Positions 29,069 through 31,099 of a stretch of 31,099 nucleotides of DNA are shown in pieces (positions within the stretch are counted from its first letter, which is position 1; each line of letters opens with the position of its first letter). The notes beneath the pieces are model-generated. The model was not told the DNA's origin. It saw only the letters and a list, made by a program, of their open reading frames with translations, and did not search any database. Source of the DNA: Campylobacterota bacterium (lineage in GTDB: Bacteria > Campylobacterota > Campylobacteria > Campylobacterales > Sulfurimonadaceae); assembly GCA_034661055.1 (NCBI GenBank), contig JAYEKO010000077.1:1-31099 (forward strand), read 5' to 3'. The translations under genes were made by a program, and so were the position numbers.

Positions 29069-31087
29069 TTAAATTTTAATCACACCTTCTTTCATAATCA
29101 ACTCTAACTCGCTTCTAGGTAGTGGCCTACTATATAAATAACCTTGAATATGATTACAACCCTCGTTTAAAAGAAAATCTCGCTGAGAGAACTCTTCAAC
29201 ACCCTCTGCAATAACACTTAAATCCAACCCTTTAGCTAGTGCAATAATAGCTCGTGTGATGGCTGCATCTTCAGGATCTACTACAACATCCTGAACAAAT
29301 GCCTGATCAATTTTTAACTTCTGTATAGGCAATCGTTTAAGATACATCATCGATGAATACCCCGTACCAAAATCATCTATAGAGATTCGAATACCTAACA
29401 TATTTAATTTATGTAACAACTCTGAAGACTTTAATGGGTCTTTCATAATAAAACCTTCTGTAACCTCTAGTTCTATTAGATTTGCACTACATTGTGTCTC
29501 TTGCAAAATCATTTTTACTTTCTCATAAAGGTCATCTTGTTGTAGTTGTGCACCGGCGATATTGACTGCAGTGACTACCGTTTTCATCTCTTGTTCTTGC
29601 CATAACACCTGCTGTTTACACACTTCTTGTAAAACCCACTCTCCTATAGGGATGATTAAACCCGTCTCTTCAGCTATTGGTATAAATTTTCCTGGAGATA
29701 CTAACCCATCTTCAGGATGATTCCATCTTATAAGGGCTTCTAGTCCTATAACCTCTCCAGAATGTGCTAGTACCTGAGGCTGATAATAGACTTCAAACTC
29801 ACCATTTTCTAAAGCATCTCGTAAAGCATTCTCCATTAAAACACGCTCAAGAGAACGTTCTGTCATATCTTTTGTATAAAACTGATAATTATTTCTTCCA
29901 AGCTCTTTAGCTTTATACATAGCAGAATCTGCATTTCTTAAAAGGACTTCAGCATCAAGTGAATCATCGGGAAATATACTAGCACCTATACTTAAAGTTG
30001 TATAAAACATCTGCTTATTTATCTCTATAGGTTTTTTAAATACATGTATCAATTTTTCAGCAACAATCTTTACATCATCTACTAGTTCAATATTTTCTAA
30101 TAGTATGACAAATTCATCTCCACCAAGACGGGCAACCGCATCTTCTTCTCGAATAGTACTCTGCAGTCGTTGTGCTACGATATTTAATAACTGATCACCA
30201 ATAGCATGACCAAAAGAGTCATTGATCTCTTTAAAATGGTCTAAATCTATAAAAAGTACAACAGCCTTCTTATCCGAACGCTTTGAATGCTTTGTAAACT
30301 GATTCAGTCTCTCTAGAAACATCAACTTATTTGGAAGAGCGGTTAGTGCGTCATGATATGCAATATAGCGCAGTTTCTGTTTTCCTTTTTGCAAATCATC
30401 GTGTGTTATAAAGAGTTCAAGTTCCATCTTTTCTACTCTATTAGATATATAAAATGCTAAAAGCAATGTTACAATTAAAATAATAGTGGGGAGTACAATA
30501 GAGATTATTTTAATTTCACGTAACTTTGTGGCTACCTTTTTTTCATGTGCTAACTTGATTTGAAACAGTTCATCAATCACAAATGATTGATATTGTTGAA
30601 GATATCTGATGGAATTTCTCAGTTGAGACAGAGCGATGTAGTATTTACTATTTTTATCACTATTTAACCCTTCACCTAATCTTCGTAATAACGATTTATC
30701 CATAGTATTTTTTGCTTGGAACAGTGGATTTTTTAATTGCGTAACAATAGTCTCAGTTTCATTTTGAACTACATTATATAGACGTTTAAACTCTCTAGCA
30801 TATTTACCATGAAGCTTAGTAAAATTATTAAGTGTTACTTTGAACTCTTCATTTTTATCTAACCACTGTAATTTGTGCTTATCTAGGTTATGGGTTGTTA
30901 ACAGCCCCTCAGTATGGTGCATAACATTATACATTGCATCATAGGTACCCTCTGTAATTTGCTGTTCAATTTTTAAGTTATCAAAGCGAAACAGTAACAC
31001 CAATAATATAGCTGTATTTATCATAGAGCCAATGATTAAAAGTAAGAATCCCCGTAGCGATAACTTTTTTATTAAAAACTGTGGCAT
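29069..31087 (-). CDS. Membrane-bound GGDEF-EAL protein
   Basis: Two TM helices flanking a periplasmic domain, REED..GGDEF, EALIRW, DDFGTGYSS, AEGVE. Confidence 0.95.
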   Translation of the reverse strand: MPQFLIKKLSLRGFLLLIIGSMINTAILLVLLFRFDNLKIEQQITEGTYDAMYNVMHHTEGLLTTHNLDKHKLQWLDKNEEFKVTLNNFTKLHGKYAREFKRLYNVVQNETETIVTQLKNPLFQAKNTMDKSLLRRLGEGLNSDKNSKYYIALSQLRNSIRYLQQYQSFVIDELFQIKLAHEKKVATKLREIKIISIVLPTIILIVTLLLAFYISNRVEKMELELFITHDDLQKGKQKLRYIAYHDALTALPNKLMFLERLNQFTKHSKRSDKKAVVLFIDLDHFKEINDSFGHAIGDQLLNIVAQRLQSTIREEDAVARLGGDEFVILLENIELVDDVKIVAEKLIHVFKKPIEINKQMFYTTLSIGASIFPDDSLDAEVLLRNADSAMYKAKELGRNNYQFYTKDMTERSLERVLMENALRDALENGEFEVYYQPQVLAHSGEVIGLEALIRWNHPEDGLVSPGKFIPIAEETGLIIPIGEWVLQEVCKQQVLWQEQEMKTVVTAVNIAGAQLQQDDLYEKVKMILQETQCSANLIELEVTEGFIMKDPLKSSELLHKLNMLGIRISIDDFGTGYSSMMYLKRLPIQKLKIDQAFVQDVVVDPEDAAITRAIIALAKGLDLSVIAEGVEEFSQRDFLLNEGCNHIQGYLYSRPLPRSELELIMKEGVIKI

Positions 31088-31099
31088 AAAGTATTATTA

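Larger units (their letters stand above)
312..30048. repeat. Dispersed iterated palindrome TACATGTA (18 copies)
   Basis: Starts at 312, 1817, 2160, 2316, 5918, 6552, 6821, 10339, 10644, 16296, 17350, 17755, 18056, 18519, 26024, 26639, 28296 and 30041. Confidence 0.9.

Noticed and set aside
312..30048. TACATGTA copies as a CRISPR array or as REP elements of the RAYT
   Set aside because: Spacing is irregular, all copies are intragenic, and there are no long repeats, GC-rich stems, GTAG-type feet or cas genes.
1..31099. tRNA, rRNA, prophage or defence-system genes
   Set aside because: None recognised. Intergenic gaps are short and AT-rich, and the large ORFs have other assignments.

Overview
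AT-rich chromosomal segment from a Campylobacterota organism (Sulfurimonas/Sulfurovum-like, judged from gene content and order). Core genes: priA, ispG, dnaB, comEC, a YihY-family protein, a GlcD-like oxidase, a PgbA-like protein, an M23 peptidase, mgtE, alr and rsmG. Accessory or signalling genes: an OprC-like copper TonB receptor, an EAL-HDOD protein, a split PAS + MCP (Aer/CetAB-type) pair, a TonB receptor / YfiR-like / GGDEF-EAL module and a second GGDEF-EAL protein. There are two gene remnants (Fic, AAA ATPase), a RAYT-like HUH transposase and an IS110 element. Two signals stand out. (1) The palindrome TACATGTA occurs 18 times by manual count, about 1 expected, all inside coding sequence and in all three frames. 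It behaves like a HIP1/DUS-type iterated motif. (2) The IS110 ends, 2-bp core, empty target site and putative bridge-RNA donor guides can be inferred from the sequence. The element has two long structured non-coding ends joined by an internal inverted repeat, and appears to sit in the ribosome-binding site of the TonB receptor gene. All counts, alignments and family calls were made by eye.
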